A DNA stretch of 32,000 nucleotides from Synechococcus sp. A15-28 (GTDB lineage Bacteria; Cyanobacteriota; Cyanobacteriia; PCC-6307; Cyanobiaceae): the NCBI RefSeq assembly GCF_014280175.1, contig NZ_CP047931.1, forward strand, positions 750,001 to 782,000. Direction: 5' to 3'. A program made the translations under genes and the position numbers. The notes under the pieces were generated by a model, which did not search any database, had not been told where the DNA came from, and saw only the letters and a program-made list of their open reading frames with translations. Every line of letters starts with the position of its first letter. Position 1 is the first letter of the stretch. This document shows positions 10,501-21,500 of the stretch, in pieces.

Positions 10501-11503
10501 TCTCTGGTTCGTTGGTGTCAAGCCAATGCCGGATTCCGTGGGTCGTGTCAACAAGCTTGAGCTGATTCCTCTAAAAGAACTAGGGCGCCCCCGGATCGAT
10601 GTGGTCGTGAACTGCTCCGGTGTGTTCCGCGACCTGTTCATCAACCAGATGGCGCTGATCGATCAGGCCGTGAAGATGGCTGCCGAAGCGGATGAGCCCC
10701 TTGAGCAGAATTTCGTTCGTAAGCACGCCCTTGAGCAGGCGGAGAAAGAAGGAACCAGCCTGCGTGATGCGGCCTGCCGAGTGTTCTCCAACGCCAGCGG
10801 AAGCTACAGCTCCAACGTGAACCTGGCGGTGGAAAACAGCACCTGGGAAGAAGAAGGCGAGCTGCAGGAGATGTACCTCTCTCGCAAAACCTTCGCGTTC
10901 AATGCTGACAACCCCGGTGAGATGAACCAGAAGCGTGAGGTGTTCGAAAATGTGATGAAGACGGCGGATGTCACCTTCCAGAACCTGGATTCGGCTGAAA
11001 TCTCGTTAACGGATGTGAGCCACTACTTCGATTCCGACCCCACCAAGCTGATCGCGGGTCTCCGTGATGACGGCAAAGCCCCCACCAGCTATATCGCCGA
11101 TACCACGACGGCGAATGCCCAGGTGCGTTCGCTGAGTGAGACCATTCGCCTTGATTCACGCACCAAGCTGTTGAATCCCAAGTGGTACGAGGGCATGCTC
11201 GATTCCGGCTATGAGGGTGTGCGTGAGGTGTCCAAACGGCTCAACTTCACCCTCGGATGGAGTGCCACCAGTGGCGCTGTCGACAACTTTGTCTACGAAG
11301 AGGCCAACGAAACCTTCATCAATGATCCCGAGATGCGCAAGCGTCTGCTGGAACTGAATCCCAACAGCTTCCGTCAGATTGTGGGAACACTTCTCGAGGT
11401 TCATGGTCGTGGTTACTGGGAAACCTCCGATGAGAACATCGAACAGCTCCAGGAGTTGTACCAGGAAGTGGAGGATCGGATTGAAGGAGTCGTGACTGAT
11501 TGA
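7562..11503 (+). CDS. chlH: Magnesium chelatase subunit H
   Basis: [24 protein letters not shown]...; [21 protein letters not shown]; about 1313 aa, ending IEGVVTD. Start taken at ATG 7562. Confidence 0.97.
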   Translation: MKAVYVVLEPQYQNALTQAATALNVSGGDLGIELSGYLIEELRDEENYAGFCADVAQADVFVASLIFIEDLAQKVVDAVAPHRDRLKAAVVFPSMPEVMRLNKLGSFSMAQLGQSKSAIAGFMKKRKEAGGAGFQDAMLKLLNTLPTVLKYLPVEKAQDARSFMLSFQYWLGGTPENLRNFLLMLADKYVFPPAEGEERPAMNVAEPEVFPDLGIWHPLAPTMFEDLKEYLNWTSSRTDLSEKARKGPVIGLVLQRSHIVTGDDAHYVATVQELEFRGARVIPIFCGGLDFSKPVNAFFYDPLNPEQPLVDGIVSLTGFALVGGPARQDHPKAIESLKKLNRPYMVALPLVFQTTQEWEDSDLGLHPVQVALQIAIPELDGAIEPIVLSGRDDATGKAHTLQDRVDAIAERAIRWSSLRIKPRTDKKLAITVFSFPPDKGNVGTAAYLDVFGSIHRVMQEMKAKGYDVQGLPSTPRALLEAVINDADAMQGAPELSIAHRMSVEEYERLTPYSERLEENWGKPPGNLNSDGQNLLVFGRHFGNVFVGVQPTFGYEGDPMRLLYSRSASPHHGFAAYYTYLEKIWGADAVLHFGTHGSLEFMPGKQMGMSETCYPDSLIGSLPNLYYYAANNPSEATIAKRRGYASTISYLTPPAENAGLYKGLKELGELVGSYQQLREGGRGVQIVNTIIETARQCNLDKDVDLPEEDASTLELDGRDALVGAVYRQLMEIESRLLPCGLHTIGKPPTAEEAVATLVNIAALEREEDGLRSLPGLLAEAMGRSIEEIYKGNDEGVLADVELNRTITETSRAAIGAMVQSLTGLDGRVNMRNSFGWFYDLLAKFVLKLPSPWLRACCGAGFVQIDATELDKLFAYLRFCLEQICADMEMESLLKALDGEYILPGPGGDPIRNPGVLPSGKNIHALDPQAIPTRAAVAAAKSVVDKLIERQREEQGTWPETIACVLWGTDNIKTYGESLAQILWFVGVKPMPDSVGRVNKLELIPLKELGRPRIDVVVNCSGVFRDLFINQMALIDQAVKMAAEADEPLEQNFVRKHALEQAEKEGTSLRDAACRVFSNASGSYSSNVNLAVENSTWEEEGELQEMYLSRKTFAFNADNPGEMNQKREVFENVMKTADVTFQNLDSAEISLTDVSHYFDSDPTKLIAGLRDDGKAPTSYIADTTTANAQVRSLSETIRLDSRTKLLNPKWYEGMLDSGYEGVREVSKRLNFTLGWSATSGAVDNFVYEEANETFINDPEMRKRLLELNPNSFRQIVGTLLEVHGRGYWETSDENIEQLQELYQEVEDRIEGVVTD

Positions 11504-11515
11504 CTCAACCCTGGC

Positions 11516-11542
11516 TCAGCTGGCAGGAAACCGGCCAGCTGA
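11516..11542. terminator. Hairpin between and over the convergent chlH/glycosyltransferase ends; candidate weak terminator
   Basis: Perfect 9-bp arms TCAGCTGGC (11516-11524) and GCCAGCTGA (11534-11542), loop AGGAAACCG. No strong U-tract follows. Confidence 0.4.
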
Positions 11543-12493
11543 TGCGTCCTGGCTGATTGTTTGGTCTTTGAACGAAATACCTGTCAACTCTTCGTAGTCT
11601 TCGAGCCTTCGGGCACGTCCCAATCCGAAATTATCCAGTCCCTCGATATCATCCGGGACGGGATTAAGTTGGACTTGGGAGGTCGACAAACTTCCCAATA
11701 ATGTATGAACCCTCACAAGCGAACGCCTGTTCAGCTGAAACCAGTCTTGATGGTCGCTCCAATGCGTTGCAGACGTGTCACCATCGGCACTTGCGCTTTT
11801 ATAAAGATGAAAAAGCAGTAATCGATTAGGGCAGAAAATGTTGTAACCGTGGGTCCACAAACGGGCTGACATTGATATCTCTTCTCCATAGAAATACAGG
11901 TCAGGGTCGTATGGGACGTCCTGGACAATGGATCCGGGTCCGAACAGAAAGCCACCGGCCACAAAAGCATTCTTCAGTGGTTTGGGGGGTTGCTGATCCG
12001 GCATTTTGTAACGGCTGATGCCCTGGAATTTGAGGATGCCGTAGTTGTCAAAGGCCTTCGCCGCCATGACTGGCAGCGTGTTCGTCTGCAGCTGGCATGG
12101 TTGCTTGAAACCATTGGGATAAACGCTCAGCACAGCTCGCGAATCATTGCAATCGGTCCACGTTCGCAACAACAAGTCATCCCAGTGCTTGACAGCCCGC
12201 ATGTGGCTGTCGATCTGCAGTATGTAGTCTTCACCGTCATAGAGAGTCTGGGCCTGACGTCGGGCCCAGCAGGCGCCACGACTGTCTGTTGCGGCGACGA
12301 GCTTGACCTGTTGATGGCTGTGATCTGGGAACGCTGATGCACTCCAGGCCTTCGGATCGTTCTCTGCCAGTTGCAAACAGATGCCGAATCTCAGTCGCTC
12401 AGGATGGGCGGCTTGCTCGAGAAGATTGTGAAGCGTTGCCGGGAGATCCGGGTCCCGATAAGCAGCAATCTGAACGAAGATTGTTCCTGTCAC
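11516..12493 (-). CDS. Glycosyltransferase, Skp1-hydroxyproline GlcNAc-transferase-like (Glyco_transf_GlcNAc / GT60-like)
   Basis: IFVQIAAYRDPDLPATLHNLLEQAAHPERLRFGICLQ, YILQIDSHMRAVKHWDDLLL, FVAGGFLFGPGSIVQDVPYDPDLYFYGEEISMSARLWTHGYNIFCPN. Likely GTG start at 12493, overlapping the folP stop (GTGA). Confidence 0.8.
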   Translation of the reverse strand: MTGTIFVQIAAYRDPDLPATLHNLLEQAAHPERLRFGICLQLAENDPKAWSASAFPDHSHQQVKLVAATDSRGACWARRQAQTLYDGEDYILQIDSHMRAVKHWDDLLLRTWTDCNDSRAVLSVYPNGFKQPCQLQTNTLPVMAAKAFDNYGILKFQGISRYKMPDQQPPKPLKNAFVAGGFLFGPGSIVQDVPYDPDLYFYGEEISMSARLWTHGYNIFCPNRLLLFHLYKSASADGDTSATHWSDHQDWFQLNRRSLVRVHTLLGSLSTSQVQLNPVPDDIEGLDNFGLGRARRLEDYEELTGISFKDQTISQDASAGRFPAS

Positions 12494-13314
12494 CAGAGGA
12501 CTGACGCCATGCGCAAAGTCTGTGCGATTGGTCCCACGTCGTGAACCCTCACAAGTGCAGCTCCCGCTTGGGCGCAACGACAGGCCACCGCTGCTGTTCC
12601 CCACAGGCGCGCCTTGGGTCGGGGTTCATCCAGGACGGCGCCGATGAACCGTTTTCGTGATGGTCCGACAAGCAGCGGCATAGCTTCAGAGGTGAGCTGC
12701 TCGAGATCCCTCAGCAGGCTCAGATTCTGCTCGTGCGTTTTAGCGAAGCCGAGGCCCGGATCCCAGATGATCTGAGCCTCCTTGACCCCAGCGCTGATGG
12801 CGGCATTCGTTCGTTCCCAGAGTCCAGCCTTCACGTCCTGAATCAGATCGTCGTAGACGGTCAGGTCGTCCATTGTTTGACTTGTTCCGCGGCTGTGCAT
12901 CAGCACAACGGGGCATGCGGCATCGGCGACCACCCGCAGCAGATCGGGATCACGTCGCCCGCCGCTCACATCGTTGATCCAGCTGGCGCCTGCCTCCAGT
13001 GCTGCCTCGGCCACAGGCGCCAGGAACGTGTCCACCGAGATCAACACCTCCGGCCGGTGTTGTCGGATGGCGCCAAGGACCGGAAGCAAGCGTCGGCATT
13101 CCTCTTCAGCGCCCACCTCCTTGGCACCGGGCCGTGTGCTCTGGGCCCCGAGGTCCAGCACATCAGCCCCCTGCTGCAATTGCCGCTTTGCTTCCCGAAC
13201 TGCCGCTTCAACCTCGGTGAAACGACCGCCATCACTGAAGGAGTCCGGTGTGATGTTGATCACCCCCATCACAGCTGTGCGTTGCCGCCAGCCTTTGGGC
13301 CAGAGGTGACTCAC
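12490..13314 (-). CDS. folP: Dihydropteroate synthase
   Basis: VMGVINITPDSFSDGG, DVLDLGAQSTRPGA, ISVDTF, WINDVSGG, PVVLMHSRG, LLVGPSRKRFIG. GTG at 13314 lies 1 nt after the tpiA stop; the track ORF extends to 13377. Confidence 0.95.
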   Translation of the reverse strand: MSHLWPKGWRQRTAVMGVINITPDSFSDGGRFTEVEAAVREAKRQLQQGADVLDLGAQSTRPGAKEVGAEEECRRLLPVLGAIRQHRPEVLISVDTFLAPVAEAALEAGASWINDVSGGRRDPDLLRVVADAACPVVLMHSRGTSQTMDDLTVYDDLIQDVKAGLWERTNAAISAGVKEAQIIWDPGLGFAKTHEQNLSLLRDLEQLTSEAMPLLVGPSRKRFIGAVLDEPRPKARLWGTAAVACRCAQAGAALVRVHDVGPIAQTLRMASVLW

Positions 13315-13315
13315 A

Positions 13316-14047
13316 TCAACTGGCCTGGTAATTGGCAATGCGGGCGAAACTGTCTGGCTGGAGGGATGCTCCACCAACCAAAACGCCGTCGATGTCGCTC
13401 ATCCCCATCAGTTCATCGATATTGGTGGGTTTGACCGATCCGCCGTACTGAATGATCAGATCCGTGGCTCCCACCCAGCTGCGAATCAGGCCACAGATCC
13501 TGTTGGCTTCAGCTGCTTCACAGGTTTTGCCGGTGCCGATGGCCCAGATCGGTTCGTAGGCCACCACGAGTTTGTTGGCGTCCAATCCTTCCAGTCCCTG
13601 CTCGATCTGTCGGCGGATCACCCGCTCCGCTTCACCCCGTTCGCGCTGCTCATCACTCTCGCCAACGCAGACGATGGGAATCAACCCCTTGGCCTGGGAG
13701 CAGCGGGCCCGGTGGTTGATCTGTTCATCGCTTTCGCTGAAATATTTCCTGGGTTCGCTGTGACCAACGATCGTGTAGGCAACGCCATGCTCGAGCAGCA
13801 TTTCGGCTGAAATCTCAGCTGTGAAGGCGCCGTGGTCTTGCCAGTGGACGTTCTGACTGGCCAGTTCCACCACCGAGTTTTCAGAGGCCGCCGCCATGGT
13901 GGAGAGCGCAGTGAAGGGCGGTGCCAGAACGATCTCCCGGTCCTGGGGGGTCTCTGCCAGTTGGGGAAGGAAGGCCGCCATGTAATCCCTGGCCTGGGCA
14001 CAGGTCATGTGCATCTTCCAGTTGCCAGCGATCACCGGTCTGCGCAC
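13316..14047 (-). CDS. tpiA: Triosephosphate isomerase
   Basis: [70 protein letters not shown]. Confidence 0.97.
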   Translation of the reverse strand: MRRPVIAGNWKMHMTCAQARDYMAAFLPQLAETPQDREIVLAPPFTALSTMAAASENSVVELASQNVHWQDHGAFTAEISAEMLLEHGVAYTIVGHSEPRKYFSESDEQINHRARCSQAKGLIPIVCVGESDEQRERGEAERVIRRQIEQGLEGLDANKLVVAYEPIWAIGTGKTCEAAEANRICGLIRSWVGATDLIIQYGGSVKPTNIDELMGMSDIDGVLVGGASLQPDSFARIANYQAS

Positions 14048-14079
14048 GCCTTCAATCCTTGACTGATCTGCGGGCCAAC

Positions 14080-14277
14080 TTACGGCGTGGTCGTGGATTC
14101 CCCGTCAACCACGGACTCCTCGCCGTCAAGCACAACACGATCTCCCGCCACCAGCTGCCGGCCGCGACGGGTCTCCACCACGCCGTTGACGCGGACCTCT
14201 CCTGTCTGGATCCGCTGTTTCGCTTCTCCGCCGGTAAAGACCAAGCCCTTCCATTTGAGGAACTGATCCAGCTTCAT
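14080..14277 (-). CDS. Small S4-domain RNA-binding protein
   Basis: [52 protein letters not shown]. Track ORF extends to 14325; Met at 14277 matches the domain start. Confidence 0.85.
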   Translation of the reverse strand: MKLDQFLKWKGLVFTGGEAKQRIQTGEVRVNGVVETRRGRQLVAGDRVVLDGEESVVDGESTTTP

Positions 14278-14317
14278 CGGCGGGAGATCAACGACGTGAC
14301 ATTGATACTGTGCCGCC

Positions 14318-16063
14318 ATGCTCACCCCCTCTCAGGCCGGCTTCCGGCGTCTTCTCCCACTGCTGAGACCGCACCTGCGTCAGCTGCTGATGGGGGGATT
14401 GTGCATGCTGATTTATGTGGGTAGCTTCCCACTGCTGGTGCGTCTTGCCGGTGAGTTGTTTCCGGCGCTCGGCTCCCAGAATCTCAGCCGCGTGTTGCAG
14501 CTGATCGTCCAAGGGGTGCTGATCTTTGCCGTTCAGAAACTGGCCCAATTCGGTCAGGACTCCCTTCTGGCCGATCCCGCCCTTCAGGTGAGCCAGCGCT
14601 TGCGGCGGGAGTTGTTCAGCACCCTGCAGACCGTCGAGCTGGGTGCTCTGGAAAAGCTGTCCTCCGGCGATCTCACCTACCGACTCACTGAGGATGCCGA
14701 CCGCGTGAGCGAGGTTCTTTACAAGAGCATCCACGACACAGTCCCCAGCGTCCTGCAGCTTCTGGTGGTGCTGGGAACCATGGTCTGGCTGGACTGGAAG
14801 CTGACCCTGGCGATCCTGCTGCTGGCGCCGTTGATCGTCTGGTTGATCAGCCTGTTCGGAGCGAAGGTGATGGTGGCCACCGAACGCAGTCAGAAAAAGG
14901 TCAGTGAACTGGCGGGTCTTCTCGGTGAGGCGATTGAGGGGCTGCCGCTGGTGCGGGCCTTTGCGGCTGAACCCTGGCTCCAGGAGCGATTTGAGCAGGA
15001 AATTGATCAGCACCGGCAGGCCAGGCAGCGCACCTACAGCCTTGTGGCCCTGCAGCATCCCGTGGTGGGGATCATCGAGGTGATCGGTCTGTTCTCCGTG
15101 CTCGGCCTGGCGGCCTTGCGGATTCAGAGCGGTGACCTCGACATCGCGGGCCTCAGCAGTTACCTGACTGGCCTGATTGTTCTGATCGACCCGATCGCCC
15201 ACGTCACCAACAACTTCAACGAGTTTCAGCAGGGTCAGGCATCGCTGCGTCGACTGCGGGAGATCGAACGGGAACCGCGTGAGCCGGAGGATCCCTCAGA
15301 TGCGGTGACCCTTGGTCAGCTGCGGGGCGACCTGAGGCTCGAGGGAGTGAGTTTTGCTTACAGCAGTGGCGATCCGGTGCTGCGGCAGCTGGACCTGGTG
15401 GTTCCTGCGGGGACTGTGATGGCTGTAGTGGGACCGTCCGGGGCGGGCAAAAGCACCTTGTTCTCACTGTTGTTGCGCTTCAACACCGCGCAACAGGGCC
15501 GAATCCTTCTGGACGGCCACGATCTCTCCTGCCTGCGGGCAAGGGACCTCCGCCGGCAGCTGGCCCTGGTGCCCCAGCGAACCACAGTTTTCTCCGGTTC
15601 CATCGCGGAGGCGATCCGTTTCGGACGCCACGCCTCCGATGCCCAGGTGATCGAGGCTGCTCTGCTCGCCAACGCCGATGGCTTCATCCGTGATCTGCCA
15701 AATGGGTACGACACGCAGCTGGAGGAACGGGGCACGAATCTTTCCGGTGGACAGCTGCAGCGCATTGCCATTGCCCGGGCGGTGCTTGGTAATCCTGCTG
15801 TTCTGCTGCTGGATGAAGCCACCAGTGCTCTGGATGCTGAAGCGGAGGCGGCTGTGCAACTGGGCTTAAGGCGTGCCATGCGTGGACGGACGGTGCTGGT
15901 GATTGCTCACCGCCTGGCCACGGTGCAGGAGGCTGATCAGATTGTGGTGCTGGAGAGGGGTTGCATCGTTGACCGCGGCACCCACGACACCCTGATGCAG
16001 CGCGGCGGACGTTATCGGGACCTGTGCGAACGCCAGTTCATCCGTGACCTGCAGAACGGTTAA
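14318..16063 (+). CDS. ABC transporter, fused permease and ATPase (exporter type)
   Basis: N-terminal TM domain; Walker A VVGPSGAGKSTL, signature NLSGGQLQRIAIARA, Walker B AVLLLDEATSALD, VIAHRLATV. Confidence 0.95.
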   Translation: MLTPSQAGFRRLLPLLRPHLRQLLMGGLCMLIYVGSFPLLVRLAGELFPALGSQNLSRVLQLIVQGVLIFAVQKLAQFGQDSLLADPALQVSQRLRRELFSTLQTVELGALEKLSSGDLTYRLTEDADRVSEVLYKSIHDTVPSVLQLLVVLGTMVWLDWKLTLAILLLAPLIVWLISLFGAKVMVATERSQKKVSELAGLLGEAIEGLPLVRAFAAEPWLQERFEQEIDQHRQARQRTYSLVALQHPVVGIIEVIGLFSVLGLAALRIQSGDLDIAGLSSYLTGLIVLIDPIAHVTNNFNEFQQGQASLRRLREIEREPREPEDPSDAVTLGQLRGDLRLEGVSFAYSSGDPVLRQLDLVVPAGTVMAVVGPSGAGKSTLFSLLLRFNTAQQGRILLDGHDLSCLRARDLRRQLALVPQRTTVFSGSIAEAIRFGRHASDAQVIEAALLANADGFIRDLPNGYDTQLEERGTNLSGGQLQRIAIARAVLGNPAVLLLDEATSALDAEAEAAVQLGLRRAMRGRTVLVIAHRLATVQEADQIVVLERGCIVDRGTHDTLMQRGGRYRDLCERQFIRDLQNG

Positions 16064-16111
16064 ATCCACCTACGATCGGCCCGCCGGTTCCAATCATCCC
16101 GGCTTTGAACG

Positions 16112-16351
16112 ATGACCGACTCCGCAGCCAACAACCCCAATCCCGTACTGACCTTTGAGGGCAATCGCTACGACCTCAATACCCTCCCGGATGAGCTCAA
16201 GGAGCTCGTGCGTGGTATGCAGGTTGCCGACGCTCAGTTGCGCATGCATGAGGACACCCTGAAGGTGCTTGCTGTCGGTCGCCAGAGCCTGGCCATGCAG
16301 CTGAACGAAAAGCTCAAGACGGTGACGCCTCTCCCTGAAGGCCAGGGCTGA
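16112..16351 (+). CDS. Small hypothetical protein
   Basis: MTDSAANNPNPVLTFEGNRYDLNTLPDELKELVRGMQVADAQLRMHEDTLKVLAVGRQSLAMQLNEKLKTVTPLPEGQG; good coding character, followed by a terminator. Confidence 0.65.
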   Translation: MTDSAANNPNPVLTFEGNRYDLNTLPDELKELVRGMQVADAQLRMHEDTLKVLAVGRQSLAMQLNEKLKTVTPLPEGQG

Positions 16352-16360
16352 ATGGTCAAC

Positions 16361-16395
16361 AAAAAAAGAGGGGGCATTGAGCCCCCTCTTTTTTT
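16361..16395. terminator. Bidirectional rho-independent terminator
   Basis: AAAAAAAGAGGGGGC-ATTGA-GCCCCCTCTTTTTTT between convergent genes; strong GC stem with A/T tracts on both sides. Confidence 0.93.
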
Positions 16396-16406
16396 GTTTC
16401 TTGGAC

Positions 16407-17759
16407 TCAGTCGCTGAACCTGTAAGCCTTGGTGAGCTTGATCACCGTTCCGGACAACAGCAACAAGGCCACGAGGTTGGGCAGGGCCATCAGGCCGTTG
16501 AGGGTGTCGGCAATGGACCAGACCACACCACGATCTCCTGCCACGGCTCCCATCACGACAACCGCGACCCAGACAAGACGAAAAGGCAAGACAGCGTTCT
16601 CTCCGAAGAGAAAGGTTGTGCAGCGTTCGCCATAAAAACTCCAGCCCAGGATGGTGGTGAAGGCGAAGACCACCAATCCAATCGTCACGACAGTTCCACT
16701 GCCGGGAAGGCCTGAGTTGAACGCCGCGATCGAGAGATCAGCCCCGCTGAGGCGTTGTCCGGCGCCGTCGAGACGTTCATGGGCTCCGGTGGTGATGATC
16801 ACCAAAGCAGTCATGGTGCAGATGATCAGGGTGTCGATAAAGGTGCCGAGCATGGCCACCGTTCCCTGCCGAACCGGATCGGTGGTTTTGGCGGCGGCAT
16901 GAGCGATCGGAGCGCTGCCCAGGCCGGCTTCATTGGAGAAGATGCCGCGTTTGAATCCCATCAGGATCACCTGGCCGAGGGCTCCACCGGCGGCCGCCTC
17001 TCCGGTGAATGCATTTCGAACGATGCTGACGAAGGCCTCAGGAATGGCTCCTGCATTCAGCAGCAGCACCACCAGACAGGCTCCGACGTAGAGAACGGAC
17101 ATCAGCGGCACGATGGACGAAGCCGCCTGGGCAATGCGCTGGATCCCACCGATCACAACCGCAAACACCAAAGCTCCGAGGGCGATGCCGGTGACCAGTT
17201 TGGGCACGCCGATGAGGCTCAGCGCCGACGACACTTCAAAGGCCTGGACGCCGTTGCCGATACCGAAACCGGCAAGCATGCCGAACAGTGCGAAGAGGAC
17301 GGCCATCCAGGCCCAGCCATTGCCGAGCCCGTTGACGATGTAGTACATCGGACCACCGACGTGCTGGCCTGAGGCATCGGTTTCTCGAAAGCGAACCGCC
17401 AACACCGCTTCGGCGTATTTGGTGGCGATCCCGAACAGGGCGATGACCCACATCCAGAACACGGCACCGGGTCCGCCGACGGCGATGGCACCTGCTACCC
17501 CCGCAATGTTGCCAGTGCCAATCGTCGCCGAGAGGGAGGTCATCAGCGCCTGAAACGGCGTGATATCCCCGTCCGTTGCCAGATCAGCTGGACGCAGCAT
17601 CATCGCGATGCCGTAGCTCAGCCTTTGAAGAGGCATGAAGCGCAGGCCCAACATCAGACCCACCCCGGTCAGGGCGATCAGACCGACGGTGGGCCACCCC
17701 CACACCACAGCATTGATCGGATCATTGATGGCCTGGATTGCCGCTTCGAGACCACCCAT
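16407..17759 (-). CDS. Sodium:alanine/amino-acid symporter (AGCS family)
   Basis: [69 protein letters not shown]. Confidence 0.92.
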   Translation of the reverse strand: [450 protein letters not shown]

Positions 17760-17815
17760 CCCTTAACCCTTGTTTTTCGCGATGGTGTCACAGCTGCCGA
17801 GCTGCGGCAATCCAA

Positions 17816-18481
17816 TCAAAGGGCTTCCAGATCGACGAAGCGGAACGTCTGGGATCCAGCTTCCGTCTCTCCATGGGCTTCGGTGTCGATCACGCGCTCC
17901 GACAACACCCAGGGACCATCGCCGGAAACGGGGGTGAAGGTGTCCTTGAAGCTGCTGCGTCCACCTTTCGCCTCACCGGTGGCTGGGTCGGCGTGTTGAC
18001 TGGTGTAGGTGTGGCTGAGGTAGCCGGCTCCGGTGTCGGTCACCGCGGTCGTGAAGATCGTCACCACCGTTCCGTGAATGTGCCGGTGGACCATCGTGAC
18101 GACGTCATCCTTGATGCGGTAGCGGTCTCCTTCTCCTTTGCCGCTGACCAGCACCTCGGTTCCAACGGAATCGGTGTCACCGGCCGTGAATTGGTTCTCG
18201 CCATGGGTCTGGTCAAAGCTGCGGCGGACGCGGTGGATGGCCACTTCCCAGAGTTGGGACTGAACCGCTTTCAAAACATCGGCATCATCGATGCCCTCCA
18301 CCTTGGCTTTGAGATCGGCGCCGACTTCAAAGCGGCCCTCAACCCGTTGTTCTCCCTGCTGCCAGATGCAGCGGCCGGAGTAACCGGAAAAACCAGGATC
18401 CCAGGTATAACGGTTTTCGTAGGCACGCCGGAACTGATCCCGTAGATCGCTGCCGGGTTTCACGGGTGCGGAGGCGGTCAC
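17816..18481 (-). CDS. DUF3386-like cyanobacterial protein
   Basis: DQFRRAYENRYTWDPGFSGYSGRCIWQQGEQRVEGRFEVGADLKAKVEGIDD... 222 codons. Confidence 0.7.
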   Translation of the reverse strand: MTASAPVKPGSDLRDQFRRAYENRYTWDPGFSGYSGRCIWQQGEQRVEGRFEVGADLKAKVEGIDDADVLKAVQSQLWEVAIHRVRRSFDQTHGENQFTAGDTDSVGTEVLVSGKGEGDRYRIKDDVVTMVHRHIHGTVVTIFTTAVTDTGAGYLSHTYTSQHADPATGEAKGGRSSFKDTFTPVSGDGPWVLSERVIDTEAHGETEAGSQTFRFVDLEAL

Positions 18482-18512
18482 GGCGTTGAATCTGCTGATG
18501 CAACCCTACCGA

Positions 18513-21500
18513 TCAACGCCGGCTGCCATGGACATCCTGCAGAGCATTGATGCTGAGGGTGGGCTGACTCTGAAGCGTGGCAATGGCTTCCACGGCAGCT
18601 CGCGCACCGGCCAGGGTGGTCACCGTTGGAACGGCGTAATCGAGTGCGGCCCGGCGCAGGTATTTGTCGTCATGGGCAGCCTGGCGGCCAATGGGGGTGT
18701 TGATCACCAGCTGCACCTGGTTGGACCGGATCAGGTCCTCGATGTTGGGGCGACCTTCATGGACTTTGAGCACAGCGTTCACCGTCAACCCCGCCTTCGT
18801 CAGGACATCAGCGGTGCCTGAGGTAGCGATCAGATCAAAGCCCAGCCCGGCAAGTAGCTCAGCCACGGGAACCAGGGCGGGTTTGTCGCGATTGTGCGTT
18901 GATAGGAAAATCGTGCCAGTGGTGGGCAGGGCCTCGCCGGCACCCAGCTCCGCCTTGGCGTAGGCCATCCCGAAGCTGTCGGCTGATCCCATCACTTCAC
19001 CGGTGGACCGCATCTCAGGCCCCAGCACCGTGTCTGCACCCGGGAAGCGTCTGAACGGCAATACAGCTTCCTTGATCGTTTGCAGCGGTGGCTGTGGTTC
19101 TGCCGTCAGGCCAACCTGCTGCAGCGTTTCACCGGCCATCAGACGGGTCGCGATGCGGGCCAGGGGCTGACCGGTGGCCTTGGCCACGAATGGCACCGTG
19201 CGGGACGCCCGCGGATTGGCTTCGATGATGTAAACGACTTCTTCCCCGTCGGCGTCCCGTTGAACGGCGAACTGGAGGTTGATCAGTCCCTGCACTTTCA
19301 ATACCAGGGCCAGTCCCCGACTCCAGTCCCGGATCGTGCTGAGGGCGCCCTGCCCGAGAGAAACCGCGGGAAGGCAGCAGGCGGAATCACCGGAGTGGAT
19401 GCCCGCCGGTTCGATGTGCTCCATCAGGCCCCCGATCACCACGTTGCCCTCGTGGTCGCAGAGGGCATCGACGTCTACCTCAACGGCATTCTCCAGGTAC
19501 TGGTCGATCAGTACCGGATGGTCGGGTTCCACCTGAACCGCCTCCACCATGTAGCGATTCAGCTCCTGTTCGTCGAAGACCACCTCCATGGCACGGCCGC
19601 CGAGCACGTAGGACGGACGGACAACGACCGGATAGCCCACACGGGTTGCCACATCCCGGGCTTCCGCCTCACTGCGGGCCAGGCCATGCCGGGGCTGGCG
19701 AATCTCAAGTCGGCTCAGGATCGCTTCGAACTGTTCGCGGTCTTCGGCCCGATCGATCGATTCCGGTGAGGTGCCCCAGATCCTGGTGCCCGTGACATGG
19801 CCTTCCTCGGAGTTGAGCCAGTTCAGCAGAGGGATTGCCAGTTTCAGCGGGGTCTGCCCGCCGAACTGAACCACCACGCCATCGGGTCGTTCGGCTTCAA
19901 TCACGTTGAGCACATCCTCGAGGGTGAGGGGCTCGAAATAGAGGCTGTCGCTGGTGTCGTAGTCCGTGGAGACGGTTTCCGGGTTGCTGTTCACCATCAC
20001 CGACGTGATGCCGGCGTCCTGGGCGGCGAAGGAGGCATGGCAGCAGCAGTAATCGAATTCGATCCCCTGGCCAATCCGGTTGGGGCCGCCTCCGAGGATC
20101 ATCACCTTGCGTCCGCTGTCGCTGAGGGACACCTCGCTTTCAGGCTCTAGGGCTGTGAGGCTCCCATCGCTGTTCAGCTGCTGGAGCGGGCGCTCATAGG
20201 TGGAGTAGTGGTATGGCGTGGTGGATGCAAATTCCGCAGCACAGGTGTCCACGGTCTTGAACACGGCTCGGATGCCAAGGCCATGGCGATGGCGACGCAC
20301 AGTTAATTCATCACTGCCGGTCTGCCAGGCGATCTGGCGATCCGAGAAGCCGAGTTGCTTGAGTTCGAGCAACTCCGGAGCCGAGAGGTCGCGCAGTTGC
20401 CGACCTTTCAGAAGCTCTTGCTCAGCGTCGACGATGCGACGCAGCTTGGCCAGGAACCAGGGATCAATGCTGCTGATCCGCTGAATCTGAGCATTGCTGC
20501 GACCACGCACCATGGCGCTGCGAATGCAAAGAATGCGCTCCGGTGATGGGGTGCGAAGCAGGCGATCGACTTCAGCATCCGTGAGTTCCGGCTCAGGACG
20601 GTCCCCACCCCAACCGGAGTAGCCGGTTTCCAGAGAACGCATGGCTTTCTGGAAGGATTCCTCGAAACTCCGACCGATGGCCATGGCCTCCCCCACCGAT
20701 TTCATCGATGTGGTGAGCACAGCCGGGCTGCCCCGGAATTTCTCGAAGGCAAACCGAGGGATCTTCGTCACCACGTAATCAATGGTGGGTTCGAAGCAGG
20801 CCGGTGTCTTTCCGGTGATGTCGTTGAGGATCTCGTCGAGGCTGTAGCCGATCGCGAGACGCGCGGCGATTTTGGCGATCGGGAATCCGGTGGCTTTGCT
20901 GGCCAGTGCCGAGGAACGGCTCACCCGTGGATTCATTTCGATCACCACCACATCGCCGTTCTCCGGGTTGATGGCGAACTGGATGTTGCTGCCACCGGTG
21001 GCCACGCCGATCTCGCGGATGATCGCGATCGATTGGTCCCGCAGACGCTGATACTCCCGATCCGTCAGCGTCTGTGCCGGAGCCACCGTGATGGAGTCGC
21101 CCGTGTGGACGCCCATCGGATCCAGATTTTCGATGCTGCAGACAATCACGACGTTGTCCGCCTGATCGCGCATCACCTCGAGTTCGAATTCCTTCCAACC
21201 CAGCAGCGACTGTTCGATCAGGATCTGGGAGACCGGACTGGCTTCGAGCCCGCTTTTGCAGATGGCGGCGTACTCCTCAGGGTTGTACGCGATTCCACCC
21301 CCACTTCCACCAAGGGTGAAGGCCGGACGGATGATTCGCGGAAAGCTGCCAATGGCGGCGCCGACGGCTTCCGCCTCTTCCAGGGTTGAGGCGATACCGG
21401 ATGGACAGACCTGCACCCCGATCCGCTCCATCGCCTGCTTGAACAACAGACGGTCTTCAGCCTTCTGGATGGCTTGCAGATCGGCTCCGATCAGCTCAAC

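Noticed and set aside
12493-12604. N-terminal extension of the glycosyltransferase ORF
   Set aside because: MGNSSGG...FAHGVS overlaps the folP coding end and is not part of the recognisable domain; the GTG at 12493 is more plausible.
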